Position numbers and translations under genes: made by a program. A stretch of 370 bases of DNA from a phage, in the sequence record BH153095.1; one strand, 5' to 3'. Below, piece after piece: positions 1 through 370 of the stretch; within the stretch, counting starts at the first letter, position 1; each line of letters starts with the position of its first letter. Under the pieces are notes generated by a model. The model saw only the letters and a list, made by a program, of their open reading frames with translations. It was not told the DNA's origin and made no database searches.

Positions 1-129
1 GAACGAGAGACAGTATTACTTGTCCTTGGGTCCCATGGAGAGCTTGGACTAAAACGTTAAGTCGTTGTTTACGATGTAAACATCCAAAGGTCATATGTGG
101 TTGGACTAGTGCTTGTGCTATTAATTTAA
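1..129 (+). pseudogene. Coding-like remnant in + frame 1, interrupted by in-frame TAA at 58-60 and 127-129; product unknown. Alternative reading: 3' end of a CDS terminating at 58-60.
   Basis: Hand count over codons 1-43 of frame 1: first positions about 67% GC (G 18, C 11, A 6, T 8), second positions about 49% T, third positions about 70% A/T. Translation ERETVLLVLGSHGELGLKR*VVVYDVNIQRSYVVGLVLVLLI* has protein-like composition, whereas + frame 3 over the same span is Cys/Trp/Arg-rich as expected for an off-frame reading. No start codon context, no homology check possible here. Confidence 0.2.
66..82. repeat. Perfect inverted repeat, 7-bp arms with 3-bp spacer (TGTTTAC-GAT-GTAAACA); candidate protein-binding dyad or short AT-rich hairpin, function unknown
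   Basis: Arms 66-72 (tgtttac) and 76-82 (gtaaaca) are exact reverse complements. Lies 6 nt after the frame-1 TAA at 58-60. Not followed by a T-run and the stem is AT-rich with a 3-nt loop, so not an intrinsic terminator. The existence of the repeat is certain; the confidence given refers to it being functional. Confidence 0.4.
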
Positions 130-204
130 CTATCTTAGGATACTAGAGAGGGCACAAAAATACCTTGTAATGTGGCCTACGTATAACAAACTTAGGAAGT
201 TTAA

Positions 205-339
205 ATTGTAATAATTCTATTGTCCAGTGCCAGGGAAATAGTATTTGAAGAGCCAACTGGGATAAAACCAGTTCTTACGGTCTACATAGTTGAAGAACTC
301 ATATCTATTGGAGACCTATTTTGTTGGTTGCCCCGCTAA
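205..339 (+). CDS. Hypothetical small ORF (up to 44 codons, frame 1) with unsupported start; product unknown
   Basis: Stop-free from 205 to 336 in the same frame as the period-3 signal (first-position GC about 61% across 247-315). Ends TAA 337-339, followed immediately by in-frame TAG 340-342 and TAA 343-345. Only canonical start is TTG 220-222, with no Shine-Dalgarno upstream; AGGAAG at 194-199 precedes ATT 205, a rare start codon. ORF length is within chance expectation for 38% GC sequence. Confidence 0.15.
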   Translation: MVIILLSSAREIVFEEPTGIKPVLTVYIVEELISIGDLFCWLPR

Positions 340-370
340 TAGTAAACACTAGGTATGTGCTTGTGGTAAA

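Noticed and set aside
1-94. Minus-strand ORF beginning at ATG (complement of 92-94) and running off the left edge of the window (about 31 codons in-window; frame open back to 142)
   Set aside because: No Shine-Dalgarno upstream of the ATG; first codon positions would be C-rich rather than G-rich, which is atypical; an open stretch of this length is within chance for 38% GC DNA. It remains a possible alternative to the + frame 1 reading and would need flanking sequence to resolve.
101-125. Sigma70-like promoter: TTGGAC (101-106) with TG-extended TATTAA (116-124)
   Set aside because: Spacer between the hexamers is only about 12 nt, far from the 16-18 nt optimum; the -10 matches 4/6.
3-143. + frame 3 is stop-free for 47 codons
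   Set aside because: Translation (TRDSITCPWVPWRAWTKTLSRCLRCKHPKVICGWTSACAINLTILGY) is Cys/Trp/Arg-rich with GC concentrated at second codon positions, typical of an off-frame reading rather than a real protein; no start codon context.
33-183. Cluster of 6-bp palindromes matching restriction sites (CCATGG 33-38, CATATG 92-97, ACTAGT 105-110, TACGTA 178-183), suggestive of a cloning polylinker
   Set aside because: Several palindromic hexamers are expected by chance in 370 bp; they are dispersed and not contiguous as in a multiple cloning site, and no vector backbone motifs are present.
151-299. Stem-loops at 151-177 (GGCACA...TGTGGCC, one bulge), 255-273 (AACTGG-7 nt-CCAGTT) and 270-299 (AGTTCTT-16 nt-AAGAACT) as possible terminators
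   Set aside because: None is followed by a T/U-run on either strand; stems are short (6-7 bp) and of a kind expected by chance. Not callable as intrinsic terminators.
351-358. AG|GTATGT, a match to the fungal-type 5' splice donor consensus; pyrimidine-rich stretch ending in TAG at 121-138
   Set aside because: Single hexamer match expected by chance about 0.15 times in this window; no coherent exon-intron model keeps the frame-1 periodicity, which continues in phase across the stops.
44-365. Short direct repeats: TTGGACTA (44-51, 101-108), GTGCTTGTG (109-117, 357-365), CTTAGGA (134-140, 191-197), TTGAAGA (245-251, 290-296); the first and third pairs are both 57 bp apart
   Set aside because: Exact matches of 7-9 bp are near chance expectation in 370 bp; alignment at a 57-bp offset shows no extended similarity, so there is no tandem repeat, CRISPR-like array or terminal inverted repeat.
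1-370. Viroid or self-cleaving ribozyme (length in the viroid range)
   Set aside because: No hammerhead core (CUGAUGA ... GAAA) on either strand, no extensive rod-like self-complementarity, and GC content is lower than most viroids.
1-370. tRNA, rRNA, CRISPR array, insertion sequence or integron site
   Set aside because: No T-loop/acceptor-stem pattern, no rRNA-like conserved blocks recognised, no regularly spaced repeats of 24-40 bp, no terminal inverted repeats or transposase-length ORF.

Overview
370-bp AT-rich window (hand count approx. A 114, T 114, G 83, C 59; about 38% GC). Stop codons occur in all six frames and no frame is open for more than about 47 codons, so no complete or well-anchored gene can be called. 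I see no hallmark of an rRNA, tRNA, CRISPR array, IS terminus or intrinsic terminator. The window is not featureless, however. (1) Base composition has period 3 in the phase of + frame 1 (G-rich first, T-rich second, A-rich third codon positions), strongest in 1-129 and 247-315, and the frame-1 translation is Val/Leu/Gly/Glu-rich like a real protein; yet that frame carries ten in-frame TAA/TAG codons and no TGA. (2) A perfect 17-bp dyad TGTTTAC-GAT-GTAAACA lies at 66-82. (3) A 44-codon stop-free stretch at 205-336 ends in three consecutive in-frame stops (TAA TAG TAA). My best reading is a decayed or interrupted coding remnant (pseudogene-like) beside an AT-rich non-coding spacer. Alternatives are a gene read with reassigned TAA/TAG, or non-coding or non-prokaryotic DNA. 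All calls are low confidence, all counts are by hand, and nothing here can be named as a known system from sequence alone.
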